64,000 nucleotides of DNA from Calditrichia bacterium (GTDB lineage Bacteria > Calditrichota > Calditrichia > JAJRVZ01), in NCBI GenBank assembly GCA_963777955.1, contig CAVZSQ010000019.1, positions 445,079 through 509,078 of the forward strand. The letters run 5' to 3'. The notes under the pieces are model-generated. The model saw only the letters and a program-made list of their open reading frames with translations, ran no database searches and was not told the DNA's origin. Each line of letters begins with the position of its first letter. Within the stretch, counting starts at the first letter, position 1. This document shows, in pieces, positions 31,222-43,598 of the stretch. The position numbers were made by a program, and so were the translations under genes.

Positions 31222-32313
31222 TTAATGATGATGCTTGTAGGTCTTTGCTTTTTCCTGATGTTTGAGTACGCGCAGGGCGCCCATGGCCAGGGCCCGCATT
31301 TCCTGCTCGCCGGGAATAATTATTACCGGAGCAATAAATTCAATACGGGTTTTAATCAGTTTCACGAATTGTTTGCTCTTAGCCATGCCCCCGGTAAGGG
31401 TAATGGCATCGACCTTGCCATTCACGACCGTGGCTAATGAACCGATCTCTTTAGCCACCTGGTAAGCCATGGCTTCATATACCAATCTTGATTCTTCTTT
31501 ACCTTTTTTAATATCATCTTCAACCGCCCGCAAATCCTGGGTACCCAGGTAAGCCACCATACCGCCATGACCTTTGATTAACTTCTGCATCTCCTCCTGG
31601 GTATATTCACCTGAGTAACAGACTCTGACCAGATCACCCACCGGCACACTGCCGGTGCGTTCGGCGCTGAAGGGACCATCCCCATCCAGAGCGTTGTTTA
31701 CATCCACTACCCGGCCCTTCACGTGGATACCCACACTGATGCCTCCGCCCATGTGGGCAACAATGATATTCAACTGATTATACGGTTTCTTTAAACGATC
31801 GGCGACTTCGTGTGCCGTGGCCCGTTGATTTAGTGCATGAAAAATACTTTTTCGTTTGATCAGCGGCATTCCCGAAACCTTGGCAATCGGTTCCATCTCA
31901 TCCACAACTACCGGATCAACGATATAAGCTTCACAGCCCAGGGAACGGCTGATAGCATAGGCAATTAATCCGCCGCAATTAGAAGGGTGATCACCCATTA
32001 CACCTTTGCGCAAATCGGCGATCATCTGATCATTGACTGTAAAAGTTCCCCCCTGCACCGGATAGATCAACCCCCCGCGTCCGACCAATGCTTTTATTTT
32101 ATACAGATCGACATTTTTATCACGCAAAACCCGGATGACCAGTTCCATACGATAGAGGTCCTGGTCGGTGGCACGATGGTAGCGGGATAACTCTTCAATT
32201 TTATGTCCGATATTCTCTGTGAATACCTCCTGATCATTCTTGAACAGGGAAATCTTGGTGGAGGTGGATCCGGGATTGATCACCAGTATATTACCGTTGA
32301 CTTTGGCTTCCAT
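31222..32313 (-). CDS. buk: Butyrate kinase
   Basis: ILVINPGSTSTK, GRGGL, VDPVVVDE, FHALNQ, AHMGGGIS, VNNALDGDGPF. Confidence 0.96.
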   Translation of the reverse strand: MEAKVNGNILVINPGSTSTKISLFKNDQEVFTENIGHKIEELSRYHRATDQDLYRMELVIRVLRDKNVDLYKIKALVGRGGLIYPVQGGTFTVNDQMIADLRKGVMGDHPSNCGGLIAYAISRSLGCEAYIVDPVVVDEMEPIAKVSGMPLIKRKSIFHALNQRATAHEVADRLKKPYNQLNIIVAHMGGGISVGIHVKGRVVDVNNALDGDGPFSAERTGSVPVGDLVRVCYSGEYTQEEMQKLIKGHGGMVAYLGTQDLRAVEDDIKKGKEESRLVYEAMAYQVAKEIGSLATVVNGKVDAITLTGGMAKSKQFVKLIKTRIEFIAPVIIIPGEQEMRALAMGALRVLKHQEKAKTYKHHH

Positions 32314-32323
32314 AGTTACACCT

Positions 32324-33231
32324 TTAGCTGATTTTTAGCGCCGTAACAATTGACAGAAATTTGGATTCTTCCGAATCAGACCGCGAGGTCAGTACTACCG
32401 GTGCAGCGGCACCGATTATAAGTCCGGCCACTTTGGCCTGACCCAGGACGGTCAGTAATTTATAAAAAGCATTACCCGTTTCGATATTGGCTACGATGCA
32501 GATGTCGGCGTCCCCGCCCACGGGGGAACGCAGATCTTTAACCGTACATGACTCTGTGGAAAATGCATTATCCACTGCCAGCGGACCGTCAATGATCGCA
32601 CCCTTGATCTGGCCGCGATCCCCCATCTTGGCAATGATGGCGGCATCGGCCGATGAAGGTATTCCGGCGGCATTGACTTTTTCTACGGCAGAAATAATGG
32701 CCACCTTGGGCAGCTGGTATCCGAGTCTTTGTGCCGCGGCAATGGCATTTTCGGTAATGGCTACCTTGGTAGCCAGGTCCGGAGCAATGTTCATAGCCGC
32801 GTCGGACATCATGAACAGTTTATGATAAAGCGGACTCTCAAATAAAGCCAGGTGAGAAATAACATTGCCGCTGCGCTGTCGCAGACCAGTACTTTTATCC
32901 AGGATGCCTTTCAAAAAAGAATTGGTAGAACAGAGTCCTTTCATGACCACCTGGGCCTGATTGTCACGAACCAGTCTCGATTGCCTTCTGTACCGCTTCG
33001 TTCTCATCGGCCGCTGGCCACCAGTTGATACTGATCAGCCTTGATCTTCAGCTCCTTGAAAAGTTTGTGGATTTTATCTTCGCGCCCGGTCAGAATGGCC
33101 CGGGTCAGACCCATGGCACGTGCTTTCTCCAGTGCGGTCAAAACATCTGCATCTTCCGCCAGGGCAACCGCAATAGTCCGCGGAGCCTGATCGCGTAACT
33201 GGTTTACAAGTTGATCAAAATTTTTCAGCAT
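32324..33231 (-). CDS. ptb: Phosphate butyryltransferase (frameshift near 33000)
   Basis: VMKG, SDAAMNIAP, DGPLAVDNA, GN.FYK, LTSRSDS; adjacent to buk. Confidence 0.92.
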
Positions 33232-33242
33232 GCGCTACCCCT

Positions 33243-34268
33243 TTAATTGAAAAATGTATCGGCCTTTAATATTTTCACCGTAGCCTTGCGCTTGCATTCA
33301 ACCAGAGCATGTTTAAGGGCCGTCAATAAACCGCTGAAAGTTTTGGCATTATCCGGGAAGGTGGCCACACCTACAGATAGATCTATTTTCAAGCCATGTC
33401 TGGTAAAATTTGTTTCGGTAATAACCTCGTATAATTTTTGCACGCAGCCAAGCGCTTCTTCGCTGCTACTACCCGGCAGGCAGATGATAACCTCGTCGGT
33501 GCCGAATTTACTGTGACAATCATATCTGCGGATATTTTTATGTATAATTGTCAAAATTTCATTCATCAGATCGGTACAAATATCATCGCCATAAGATGTC
33601 AGCAGATTATCGAACTTGACCACATCGATGAGCACCAGAGACAGATTCTCCTCCAGGCGCTGAGCACGGGCGATGGCTTCCTGCAGCCGGTGGTAAAAGA
33701 TATTGTAATCAAAGGCACCGGTATGTTCGTCTTTTTCGGCATGCTTGTGCAGATCCCGCAGCATGGTCTCTTTCAGGAACGCCAGTGATACAATCCGCGC
33801 ATAAAGTTGCACAATCAACTGAAAATCAGAATTGAAATAATTTTCCTCAGTACTGTCGACATAAAGATAACCCAGAGGTCTTAAATTGGCTATCAAATTG
33901 ACGAAATAGCAGGATTGAAAATCGTTTTCCAGGCGAACTTCTTTGCAAAGCTCCGGATTGTCTTTTACTGTATTGATCAGCACCGGTTTACCGGTCCAGA
34001 TCACATCATTGAGCATGTGGGTAATCGGACGTTGCCGGAAATCCTTGCAAAACTGCCAGGACAGACCATGTGAATTGAGTATCTCCAGTTTTTCTGTCTT
34101 CGGGTTGATGCGGATGACAGCGCAGGTCTGGCACCCCAGGCCTTCGCTGAGGTTTTTGACTACATTATGAACTGTTCGTTCCAGATTCTGGGTGGTGGTG
34201 AGATCATCAAGAATTTCGGTCATGGCGATTATACCACTGCTCACCGACTTGATTAATTCTTTTGGCAT
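33243..34268 (-). CDS. GAF plus degenerate GGDEF-domain protein
   Basis: GAF-like N-terminus; D.HTGAFD, LVLIDV.KF, RRYD-x5-GTDEV, SVGVATFP. Confidence 0.85.
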   Translation of the reverse strand: MPKELIKSVSSGIIAMTEILDDLTTTQNLERTVHNVVKNLSEGLGCQTCAVIRINPKTEKLEILNSHGLSWQFCKDFRQRPITHMLNDVIWTGKPVLINTVKDNPELCKEVRLENDFQSCYFVNLIANLRPLGYLYVDSTEENYFNSDFQLIVQLYARIVSLAFLKETMLRDLHKHAEKDEHTGAFDYNIFYHRLQEAIARAQRLEENLSLVLIDVVKFDNLLTSYGDDICTDLMNEILTIIHKNIRRYDCHSKFGTDEVIICLPGSSSEEALGCVQKLYEVITETNFTRHGLKIDLSVGVATFPDNAKTFSGLLTALKHALVECKRKATVKILKADTFFN

Positions 34269-34333
34269 GAACACCTCCTTCACCCGCATAGATTTACGGT
34301 TTTTTTACAGCAGTCTATCACTGCCGGGATAAT

Positions 34334-34421
34334 TTAACCGGAGGGTAGCTCAAAAGATTCTTCCTCGTCCGGAAAATACCGGACTCGTCAGAATGACACT
34401 TTCAGTCCAACCTCCGGTTAA
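34334..34421. repeat. Composite palindrome (TAACCGGAGG...CCTCCGGTTA enclosing a GATTCTTC...CAGAATGAC REP-like unit)
   Basis: Outer inverted repeat plus inner GTCCGG-AAAATA-CCGGAC hairpin. Confidence 0.6.
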
Positions 34422-34427
34422 AGAGTA

Positions 34428-36681
34428 TCAGTTCTTCTGAGCATCCAGAACAGCGATTGCTGTCATGTTCACAATTTCATTCACTTCACAACCGCGCTGC
34501 AATACATGGATAGCTTTACCCAGACCTACCAGGATCGGGCCTATCGCCTCGGCGCCACCAATGCGGTTCATCAATTTATAAGCGATATTCCCGGCCTCAA
34601 GGTTTGGAAAAATCAGTACATTAGCTTTTTCACGCAATTGATTAAAGTCGTAAGTATCATTCAATATTTCCGGAACTACAGCCGTATCGGCTTGCATTTC
34701 TCCATCGATGATCAGGCCGGGACGTGCGTTCTTTAACCAGGCGTGTTGCCTCGGCGACTTTCCGGGCCAGCGGATGACGAACACTTCCGAAATTACTGAA
34801 CGACAGCATGGCCACGCGCGGTTCAATATCAAAATTCTTGACCAGATCGGAAGTCAGGATGGCAATTTCAGCCAGTTGTGCAGTGCTTGGTTCGATATTC
34901 ACCGTGGTGTCGGCAAAGAAAATAATATCGTTCTTGAACACCAGCATATACACGCCGGCCACCACTTCCAGCCCCTTTTTCAAAGGTATAATCTGTAAGG
35001 CCGGACGGATGGTATCCGGGTAATGATAATTTACACCGGCGATCAATCCATCGGCATCACCCATCTCCACCATCATCGAACCGAACAGACGGTAATTTCC
35101 TTTTAACTGGGCTTCCGCTTCAGTCAGGGTCATACCCTTGCGTGAACGCATCTGGTACAATTTCTGCTTGTAGGAAGCCAGAAATTTACTCTTCGGCGGA
35201 TCGACAATTTGCACGCCGCTCAAATCCAGGTTTAGTTCTTTAGCCATATTCTGGATTTCTGCCATTTCGCCAAAAACGATCGGCTGGGCAATACCTTCAT
35301 CAACGATGATCTGGCAAGCCCGCAGAATTTTCGGTTCAAAGCCTTCGGGGAAAACAATACGCTTGGGATCTTTCTTCGCTTTGTTGATCATCACTCTCAT
35401 TACTTCACGGGATTTACCCAGGCGTCCTTCCAGGGCTTCGCGGTAAGCATCAAAATCTTTAATCGGATTACGGGCAATACCGGCGTCACAGGCGGCTTTA
35501 GCCACGGCACTGGCTTCCCAGATCAGTACCCGCGGATCAAAAGGTTTAGGAATTATATATTCTTTACCAAACTTGAAAGGCTTATCGCCATAAGCTTTGA
35601 TTACCGAATCCGGAACATCCTCCCTGGTCAGATCGGACAAAGCTTTTACCGCGGCCAGTTTCATCTCATCGGTAATGGCTGTAGCCATGACATCCAGAGC
35701 GCCCCTGAAGATGAAGGGAAATCCCAGCACATTATTGACCTGATTAGGATAATCGGAACGGCCGGTAGCCATGATCAGATCGTCACGTACTTTTACCGCA
35801 TCATTATAGCCTATTTCCGGATCAGGATTAGCCATGGCAAAAATAATAGGCCGGTCCGCCATGCTTTTCACCATTTCCTTCGTGACCATATCTGCGGCCG
35901 AAACACCGCAGAAGACATCCGCGCCTTTCATTACTTCAGCCAGGTCAGCTGGTCCGTTTCCGTTGACGTAACGCTCTTTATAAGGATTCATGCCCTCTTT
36001 GCGCCCTTTATAGACCAGGCCCTTGGTATCGACCAGATACAGATTTTTCATCTGCACGCCTAATTTGACGTACAGATTTGCACAGGCGATACCGGCAGCA
36101 CCGGCGCCGCAGAAGACCACTTTCACCTTATCAATTTTTTTCTTCTGTAATTCCAGTGCATTCAATAACGCCGCACCGGAAATAATGGCCGTACCATGCT
36201 GATCATCATGAAAGACCGGAATATTCATGGTTTTTTTGAGGGTCTCTTCGATATAAAAACATTCCGGTGCCTTGATATCTTCAAGATTGACACCACCAAA
36301 AGTCGGTTCCAGAATCTGAACGGTACGTATAATCTCATCCGGATTCTCTGTATTCAGTTCAATATCAAAGACGTCAATATCGGCAAACCGTTTAAAAAGC
36401 ACTCCTTTACCTTCCATGACCGGTTTACCGGCCAGAGCACCGATATTGCCCAGTCCAAGAACAGCCGTACCGTTGGATACAACAGCAACCAGATTCCCTT
36501 TGGCCGTATACTCATAAACCAGCGAGGGATCCTTATGAATCTCCCGGCAAGGTTCGGCCACCCCGGGGGTATAAGCCATACCCAGATCACGCTGGGTCCT
36601 GCAGGGCTTGGTCGGCACAACTTCAATTTTTCCCTTACGTCCCTGGCTGTGATACTTCAGGGCATCTTCTTTACGAATCAT
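34428..36681 (-). CDS. maeB: NADP-dependent malic enzyme with PTA domain (frameshift near 34730)
   Basis: [58 protein letters not shown]. Confidence 0.96.
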
Positions 36682-36759
36682 ATTTGAACCTCCATAGATC
36701 GTTCGGTTTAATTTTATTTAAGTAAAATACTCCTGCGGCAGCGACGGCCGGCAGATACC

Positions 36760-38113
36760 TTAAGTCAATTCAATTTTCAATTCATCCATCTTTCTATACA
36801 GGGAAGACAAACTGATGCCAAGTAAATTTGCCGTTTCCTCCTTATTGATTGATGTTTTTTCCAGAGCCTTTATTATATGTTGTTTTTCAAAAAAGGCGAT
36901 CGCATCTTTCAGGCGCATCGGCATTTCTTCAGCAATCTCTGATTTAATCATATTGGGCGGCAGATCCTGTACTGTGATATAATCCCCTTCACATAAAATA
37001 ATAGCCCGTTCGATCACATTCTCCAGTTCGCGGATACCTCCTTTCCATTCATGACCGCGTAAAATGCGCATGGTGGTATTATCTGTCCCTTTGATCTTCT
37101 GATTTAATTCACGGTTATATTTCTGTACAAAATGTTGTACCAGCAAAGGAATGTCTTCCTTGCGCTCGCTCAGTGCCGGCAGCGGAATTTCCACGACATT
37201 CAAACGGTAATAGAGATCCTCCCGGAAATGCCCGATCTCAATATCCCTGGCCAGTTCATGGTTTGTGGCCGCGATGATGCGCACATCCACTCTGAGCGGG
37301 CTGGTCGCGCCGACAGGATAGATCTCCTCTTCTTCGATAGCCCGCAGCAGTTTGCCCTGCAGGGGCGGAGGGATATCACCGATTTCATCCAGAAATAATG
37401 TGCCCTCATGGGCCATTTTAAAATAACCGTCTTTATCGTTAATGGCCCCGGTAAAACTCCCTTTCTTGTGACCAAAAAATTCGCTCTCCATCAGAGTTCC
37501 GACAATAGCGCCGCAGTTGATGGCCACAAATCGTTTATTTTTACGCGGGCTGTTGAAATGAATTGCCCGGGCCACCAGTTCCTTGCCGGTACCGCTTTTC
37601 CCGGTTATCAGCACATTGCCCTTGGTTATACTGACTTTTTTAATCAGGTGAAAAACTGCCTGCATTTCCGGACTCTGACCGATAATATTTTCAAAATTAT
37701 ATTTTTCTTCAACTTCATTTTTTAAAACCTGATTTTCCAGTACCAGTTCTTTATGATTCAGCAGGCGCTTGACCCGCAGAATAAGATCGTCATGATTGAA
37801 AGGTTTGATGATGTAATCATACGCACCCAGGCGCAGCGCTTCGATGGCCGATTCTACCGAAGCGTAAGCAGTGATGATGATCACCGAGGTCTGCGGACAG
37901 ATTTGCAAACTATTCTTGATCAGTTCCAGCCCGTCCATATTGGGCATACGCAGGTCGGTGATCAGTAAATCGAAATTTTTCTGGCTCAGCAGACTGCAGT
38001 GCCTCTTTCCCGTCAGCGACCATGTCGGTCTCATATCCTTCGTCCACCAGAATGGCCGAAACTGTTTCACGAATCGTCCGTTCATCATCGGCAATTAAAA
38101 TGCTGGCTTTCAT
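36760..38113 (-). CDS. Sigma54-dependent response regulator (frameshift near 37980)
   Basis: MKASILIADDE; TDLRMP; GKSGTGKE; GSFTGA; FREDLYYRL; HTH. Confidence 0.93.
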
Positions 38114-39853
38114 ATGGGCTTCGCCTCTGTTTGCTGCGTTACGGGCAGGACAACTGAAAATGTACTGCCCTGATCTATTTGACTCTGCACTTTGATTTCC
38201 CCCTGCAATTTTTTAATCAATCCATAACTGACCGTTAAACCAAGACCGGTGCCTTTGCCTACGCCTTTGGTGGTGAAGAACGGTTCGAAAATCCGGTTGA
38301 TATTTTCCGCGGCGATGCCGCAACCCTGGTCGGTGATATCGACCTGGATATGGCGGTTGCCGGTATGCCGCTCACTGGCATAGCTGCGCACCTTGATTTC
38401 AGTGTCGAGACCTTCGGAGGCATCCACTGCATTAATCAGGATGTTCAGGAAAACCTGCAATAGATGATCCGGGACCAGCACAGCTTTGGGCAGATCCGGC
38501 TGCAGATCAAGGTTAAAGTTTATTTTTTTCGAACGCCGGTCATACTTGATAATGCTGACCGCCGAATTTACAATCTCATTTATATCCGCCTCCACCTCCT
38601 TATGCAGTGGAGGCTTGCTGAAATCCACCAATTCGCGGACGATACGCGAAATCCGTTCGATATTTTTCAGAATATTATTGGCATAGTCGGTAATTTTCTC
38701 ATCCGTCGTTTTACGCTTGATCACCTGGGCCATGGAAGAAATACTGGTCAGCGGATTGCCGATTTCATGGGCTATGCCCGCGGCCATCAGACCGAGCGAG
38801 GCCATTTTTTCCTGATGACTTATCTGCGCCTGGGCCTGACGCAGTTCTTTGGTGCGGATCTCAACTTTCTCTTCCATACCCTGATAATATTCCTGTAATT
38901 TCTGCCGTAAATGTTCAAATTCCTGGGCCAGGATCTGCAGCTGATCATTAGTTTTGAGCGGGATCGGCGTTTCCAGATCCCCCCGGCTCATAGCCTGAAC
39001 CGACTTGACCAGTTGATTAACCGGCGTGGTAATTTGCCGCGAGTAAAAGATTGCCAGACCAATGATCAGGACGGCGAAAAACAGATTGGCCAGGATGATG
39101 GCATTTCTGAAAGAACTCAGATTATGGTAAAAATCATGGGCATTAATTTCAGTCAGCACCAGCATATCATAATCCGGCAGACGGGTACCGGCGCTGAAAA
39201 CAGCCGAACCGGAATCATATGATTTCCACTGCCTGACTGTAACCTGTTCAAGTTCGGACAAGTGTCGAGCCCGTACATCGTCAACCTGCAGCGGTACCAG
39301 TCCGTCGGCAGCGAGCAATCCCGGACGATCCGGGAGATAGACATAATTCTTGATATTCCGGAACAACGCTTTGCAAAATATTCCGAAGATCCTGATCTGC
39401 CAACAATCCCACCAGTACTTCATCCTTATTTAGCTGATAGCTGATACTGAATACATTCCTGGTCAGCACTCGCAGCAACCAGGACATTTTTTCTTTTTCA
39501 GCGATCCGCCCGACCAGAGTAAATTCAGCCGGGTTGGTTATACCCCCTTCACTGATCAGGACGGGCTGATTTATGACAGCCGGATTCGGCGGCAGCCGAT
39601 CAGCCATAGCCTGTAATACTGATTTTTTATGATCAAGATAAAACTGAATCTCCCGGGCATAGTTGGAATTCAGTATTTCCAGATTTGAATAATTAATACG
39701 GGTAAGCATGTCCTTATTTAAATAATATCCCAGGATGCTGAAAACCAGCAGTGGTAAAATGGCGAAGGCGATAAAGTAAGTTATAATTTTGTTATTTAGA
39801 TTTTTGTATAAGGTTACAGGCTTGGAATGGATCTTGGCGATCCGTGGGATCAT
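38110..39853 (-). CDS. HAMP-domain sensor histidine kinase (frameshifts at about 39240-39420)
   Basis: TM-periplasmic-TM-HAMP layout; EKMASLG..AAGIAHEIGNPL; NILINA; FFTTK..GKGTGLGL. Confidence 0.9.
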
Positions 39854-40103
39854 CAAAAACGTAGAATTATCCTTAATTCTCAATTTTAAGAAAATATATC
39901 CTTTTTATAAAAGCAATACAAGTAATATGAAACAAAGATTGTGAAAATACTTTCATATCAATGTATAAAAACAGGGCTTTATGTATATTTACACTTAATT
40001 AATTATTTTTATTCTTTTTATCTCTTTAATAAAGTAATATTTGATTTTTATGTATTTTTGATAGAAATTACACTGCAATTTTCATCAAAATGAGGAGGAG
40101 ATT

Positions 40104-40664
40104 TTGATGCGTAACAAAGTTATTATTTTAGGTTTGATGGTTATTTTTCTATTTTCCATAATGAGTTTTGCCCAGACCAAAGAGGCGAAATACGTCGGCG
40201 CCATTAAATGCAAAACCTGTCACAATACGGTTAAGAATGGCGAGCAGTTCAAAATCTGGCAAGGTAGTAATCATGCCAAAGCCTTTGAAAGTCTGAAATC
40301 GGAAGAGGCTAAAAAGAAGGCCACAGCCATGGGGGTAAAAGATCCGCTGACCAGTGACAAATGCTTATCCTGCCACAGCACTGCTGCCGGTAAGAAGAAT
40401 GTTGATGCCGGTTTTTCTGTTGCCGAGGGTGTAACCTGCGAAGCCTGTCATGGACCAGGGAGCGAGTATAAACAGATGAGTACTATGAAGGACCGTAAAC
40501 TGGCCACTGCTGCCGGTATGGTTGCAGGCAATGAGAAAACCTGCCAGAACTGCCATAAAAAAGATACCGCCGGACATACGAATAAATTTACGAGCTTTGA
40601 AAAAGAAAATGCCAGGATAAAACATCTTGTGCCGGCGGATTCGGATCGACGGATTAAACAGTAA
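40104..40664 (+). CDS. Tetraheme cytochrome c554-like periplasmic protein
   Basis: Signal peptide; YVGAIKCKTCH, CLSCH, GVTCEACHGPGS, CQNCH. Confidence 0.9.
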   Translation: MMRNKVIILGLMVIFLFSIMSFAQTKEAKYVGAIKCKTCHNTVKNGEQFKIWQGSNHAKAFESLKSEEAKKKATAMGVKDPLTSDKCLSCHSTAAGKKNVDAGFSVAEGVTCEACHGPGSEYKQMSTMKDRKLATAAGMVAGNEKTCQNCHKKDTAGHTNKFTSFEKENARIKHLVPADSDRRIKQ

Positions 40665-40682
40665 GCAAACGCTGTGTTTCAC

Positions 40683-40708
40683 GGGCCGCCACTGGCGGCC
40701 TTTTTTTT
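40683..40708 (+). terminator. Intrinsic terminator
   Basis: GGCCGCCA-C-TGGCGGCC-TTTTTTTT. Confidence 0.85.
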
Positions 40709-40761
40709 ATCATAATTATTTACACGATATATTCAGTTATAATTTTACAATTAAAATACCT

Positions 40762-41742
40762 ATGAACGATCCATCCTACCTGACCCTGTATAAATCAGGT
40801 GAACTGGCCAGGCGGGTCAGGTACCTGAATAAAATCCTTGAATCCTGTAACATCTGTCCAAGACAATGTGCAGTCAACCGTCTTGTGGACCGCAACGGTT
40901 ACTGCCGCAGCGGTCAGCTGGCCTATGTCTGTTCCTATTGCGACCATCATGGTGAGGAGCCCCCGCTGAGCGGTTACAACGGATCGGGTACTATATTTTT
41001 CGGCAATTGTAATCTGCGCTGTGTGTTTTGTCAGAATGCCGACATCAGCCAGCAGCTGCGACAGGTCGAATCGTATGAATATACTCCGCGGCGCCTGGCT
41101 AAAATAATGCTGCAGCTGCAGAACGAGAAGAAATGCCATAACATCAATTTTGTCTCCCCTGCACACTTTATACCTCAAATTGTCGAGGCAGTGTACATCG
41201 CCTGTGCTCATGGACTGAACCTGCCGCTGGTCTATAATTCCAATGGTTACGACAGTGTACAAACTCTGCAAATTCTGGATGGTATCATCGATATATATTT
41301 GCCCGATCTTAAATACGCCGATGATCTTTATGCCCGGAAGTACTCTGCTGCCCTGCGCTATGTTGAAACGGCCCGGGCCGCGATTATAGAAATGTACCGG
41401 CAGGTAGGTTTATTGCAGCTGGACGATCAAGGCCTGGCCCGGCGCGGCCTGATTATCCGGCACCTGGTTCTGCCCAACCAGATTGCCGGCAGCAGCGCCA
41501 GTCTGGAATGGATTGCCCGGGAGATTTCCAGGGATGCCACTATCAGTTTAATGGCCCAGTATTATCCGGCCAACTTTGCCGCGCAAATACCCTTGCTGGC
41601 CCGGCCGCTGCAGGATAGCGAATATCAAAAAGTCCTGGCGGTCATGGAGAAACTGGGGTTGCATAATTCGTTGTATCAGGAGTTGAATGCGGCGGATTAT
41701 TACCGTCCGCATTTCTTCGCAGCGGATCATCCTTTTGCCTGA
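40762..41742 (+). CDS. Radical SAM protein, PflX-like
   Basis: CNICPRQC; HHGEEPPLSG..GSGTIFF; CNLRCVFCQN; DIYLPDLKY; IIRHLVLP. Confidence 0.92.
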   Translation: MNDPSYLTLYKSGELARRVRYLNKILESCNICPRQCAVNRLVDRNGYCRSGQLAYVCSYCDHHGEEPPLSGYNGSGTIFFGNCNLRCVFCQNADISQQLRQVESYEYTPRRLAKIMLQLQNEKKCHNINFVSPAHFIPQIVEAVYIACAHGLNLPLVYNSNGYDSVQTLQILDGIIDIYLPDLKYADDLYARKYSAALRYVETARAAIIEMYRQVGLLQLDDQGLARRGLIIRHLVLPNQIAGSSASLEWIAREISRDATISLMAQYYPANFAAQIPLLARPLQDSEYQKVLAVMEKLGLHNSLYQELNAADYYRPHFFAADHPFA

Positions 41743-41776
41743 CAATTACAATCTAAATGGAAACAGGAGAATTTTC

Positions 41777-42538
41777 ATGATGGATTTTAAAGCTAAAACG
41801 GTTTTCATTACCGGTGCCAGCAGCGGCATTGGAGCAGCCTGTGCACAAGTGTTTGCCGCCCATGGTGCCCGGTTGATTTTAAGTGCCCGGCGGGAAGAAC
41901 GTGTGCGCAGCCTGGCCGCAACACTGCCTGCCGATACGCATGTAATGCAACTGGATGTCCGCGAGCAAAAACAGGTGCAAAAGAAAATAGATACATTACC
42001 GGCCAGCTGGTCGGCTATCGACCTGCTGCTCAATAATGCCGGATTAGCCCGGGGCTTGTCCAGCCTGCACGAAGGGGATCTTAACGACTGGCAGGAAATG
42101 ATCGATACCAATGTCAAGGGTTTATTGTACGTCACCCGCGCCATCGTCCCGGGAATGATTGCGCGCAATAACGGACATATTATCAATATCGGCTCTATCG
42201 CCGGCCATGAAGTTTATCCCAATGGCAATGTATATTGTGCCACCAAGCATGCCGTGGATGCGCTGACCAGGGGATTACGGCTTGATCTGGCCGGTACGCC
42301 GCTGCGGGTATCGACTGTTGATCCCGGCCTGGTGGAGACCGAATTCAGTCTGGTGCGTTTTCACGGGGACAACCAGCGGGCCAAAAATGTTTACCAGGGC
42401 ATGCAGCCGTTGACGGCAGAAGATATAGCTGATGCAGTTTTTTATTGTGCTTCCCGGCCGGCTCATGTGCAAATTGCCGAGATAATCATTTTACCTACCG
42501 CCCAGCGCTCGGCGACTGTAGTAGACCGTAAAATGTAA
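41777..42538 (+). CDS. SDR oxidoreductase, YdfG-like
   Basis: TGASSGIG, NNAGLARG, YCATK, DPGLVETEFS. Confidence 0.93.
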   Translation: MMDFKAKTVFITGASSGIGAACAQVFAAHGARLILSARREERVRSLAATLPADTHVMQLDVREQKQVQKKIDTLPASWSAIDLLLNNAGLARGLSSLHEGDLNDWQEMIDTNVKGLLYVTRAIVPGMIARNNGHIINIGSIAGHEVYPNGNVYCATKHAVDALTRGLRLDLAGTPLRVSTVDPGLVETEFSLVRFHGDNQRAKNVYQGMQPLTAEDIADAVFYCASRPAHVQIAEIIILPTAQRSATVVDRKM

Positions 42539-42682
42539 AAAATTCTTATCCCCCATTTGGAAAAAAAAAACATAATTAGTACCTTTGCTGAATCGAACCA
42601 GAGCCGGAATAATTTATCGCCTGAATGAATTATATTAACGATTATAGAATTTTAATCGTGCCATTTAGGGAAAGGCAAAACA

Positions 42683-42976
42683 ATGGCTTATATCATCACC
42701 GAACCGTGTGTGGGTGTCTGCGATGCATCATGTGTAACCGTTTGTCCGGTTGATTGTATTTATCCCGCCGAAGGTTATACACTGGAAGAATCCGATAAAG
42801 TAAAAATGCGCCAGGCCAAGGAACAGTTGTATATTAATCCCGAAGAATGTATCGATTGCGGTGCTTGTGAACCGGAATGTCCGGTTGAGGCCATCTTCAC
42901 CGAAGATGAAGTACCCGATAAATATAAAGATTATATAAAAAAGAATTACGAACGATTCGGATTAAAAAGAAAATAA
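42683..42976 (+). CDS. Dicluster ferredoxin
   Basis: CVGVCDASCVTVCPVDC and CIDCGACEPECP. Confidence 0.93.
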   Translation: MAYIITEPCVGVCDASCVTVCPVDCIYPAEGYTLEESDKVKMRQAKEQLYINPEECIDCGACEPECPVEAIFTEDEVPDKYKDYIKKNYERFGLKRK

Positions 42977-43017
42977 ATACCGAGTATTGTACGCGACTTT
43001 CAAAATACTTCTGAACC

Positions 43018-43497
43018 ATGACTGATCATTTAATCATCGATGGCTGGAACGTCTGCTGGAAGATCCCTGAAATTGCCCCTGATATTCCGGAGCGTTCCAG
43101 GGCAGCCCGGCAAAAGTTCAATTCGCTGGTAAAAAACTACCAGGCTGATAAAAAAGTAATATTTCGAATCGTTTATGACGGACAACCGGATATTTTGGCG
43201 GATGAATCAACCAGAGATCCGAATATTCTCTTTTCAAAATATCCGCAAAAGGCCGATCAGCTCATAATCTCTTTCCTGCACAAGCAGCGTAAACCGCAAC
43301 AATGGACAGTAATCACTTCCGACCGTGAGTTAGCCAACAAGGCCAGAGCGCAGGATGCCCGGATTCTTTCCAGTGAAGATTTTATCTCCCGCTTACACAG
43401 AAATAAACAGAAGCCAAAAGATCAATCCGGGAAATACGACGCTTTTTTATCCCGCCAGGAAATCGACTATTGGCTGCAAAAATTTAATGATAAATAA
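43018..43497 (+). CDS. YacP-like NYN-domain RNase
   Basis: LIIDGWN, VYDG, KADQLI, VITSDREL, SSEDF. Confidence 0.85.
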   Translation: MTDHLIIDGWNVCWKIPEIAPDIPERSRAARQKFNSLVKNYQADKKVIFRIVYDGQPDILADESTRDPNILFSKYPQKADQLIISFLHKQRKPQQWTVITSDRELANKARAQDARILSSEDFISRLHRNKQKPKDQSGKYDAFLSRQEIDYWLQKFNDK

Positions 43498-43527
43498 ATG
43501 GGCCGGGCGAATAATCATTAAAACCAA

Positions 43528-43557
43528 AGTAGGGGCAATTCATGAATTGCCCCTACT
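43528..43557. repeat. GTAG-type REP palindrome
   Basis: AGTAGGGGCAATTCATGAATTGCCCCTACT. Confidence 0.88.
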
Positions 43558-43598
43558 AAAAACATCTATTGATTATGACCATCAATTTAACAGCAGAT

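Noticed and set aside
39939..39958. Rex/CRP-like box TTGTGAAAATACTTTCATAT
   Set aside because: Spacing and right half do not fit the 18-bp Rex consensus, and the AT-rich context makes a chance match likely
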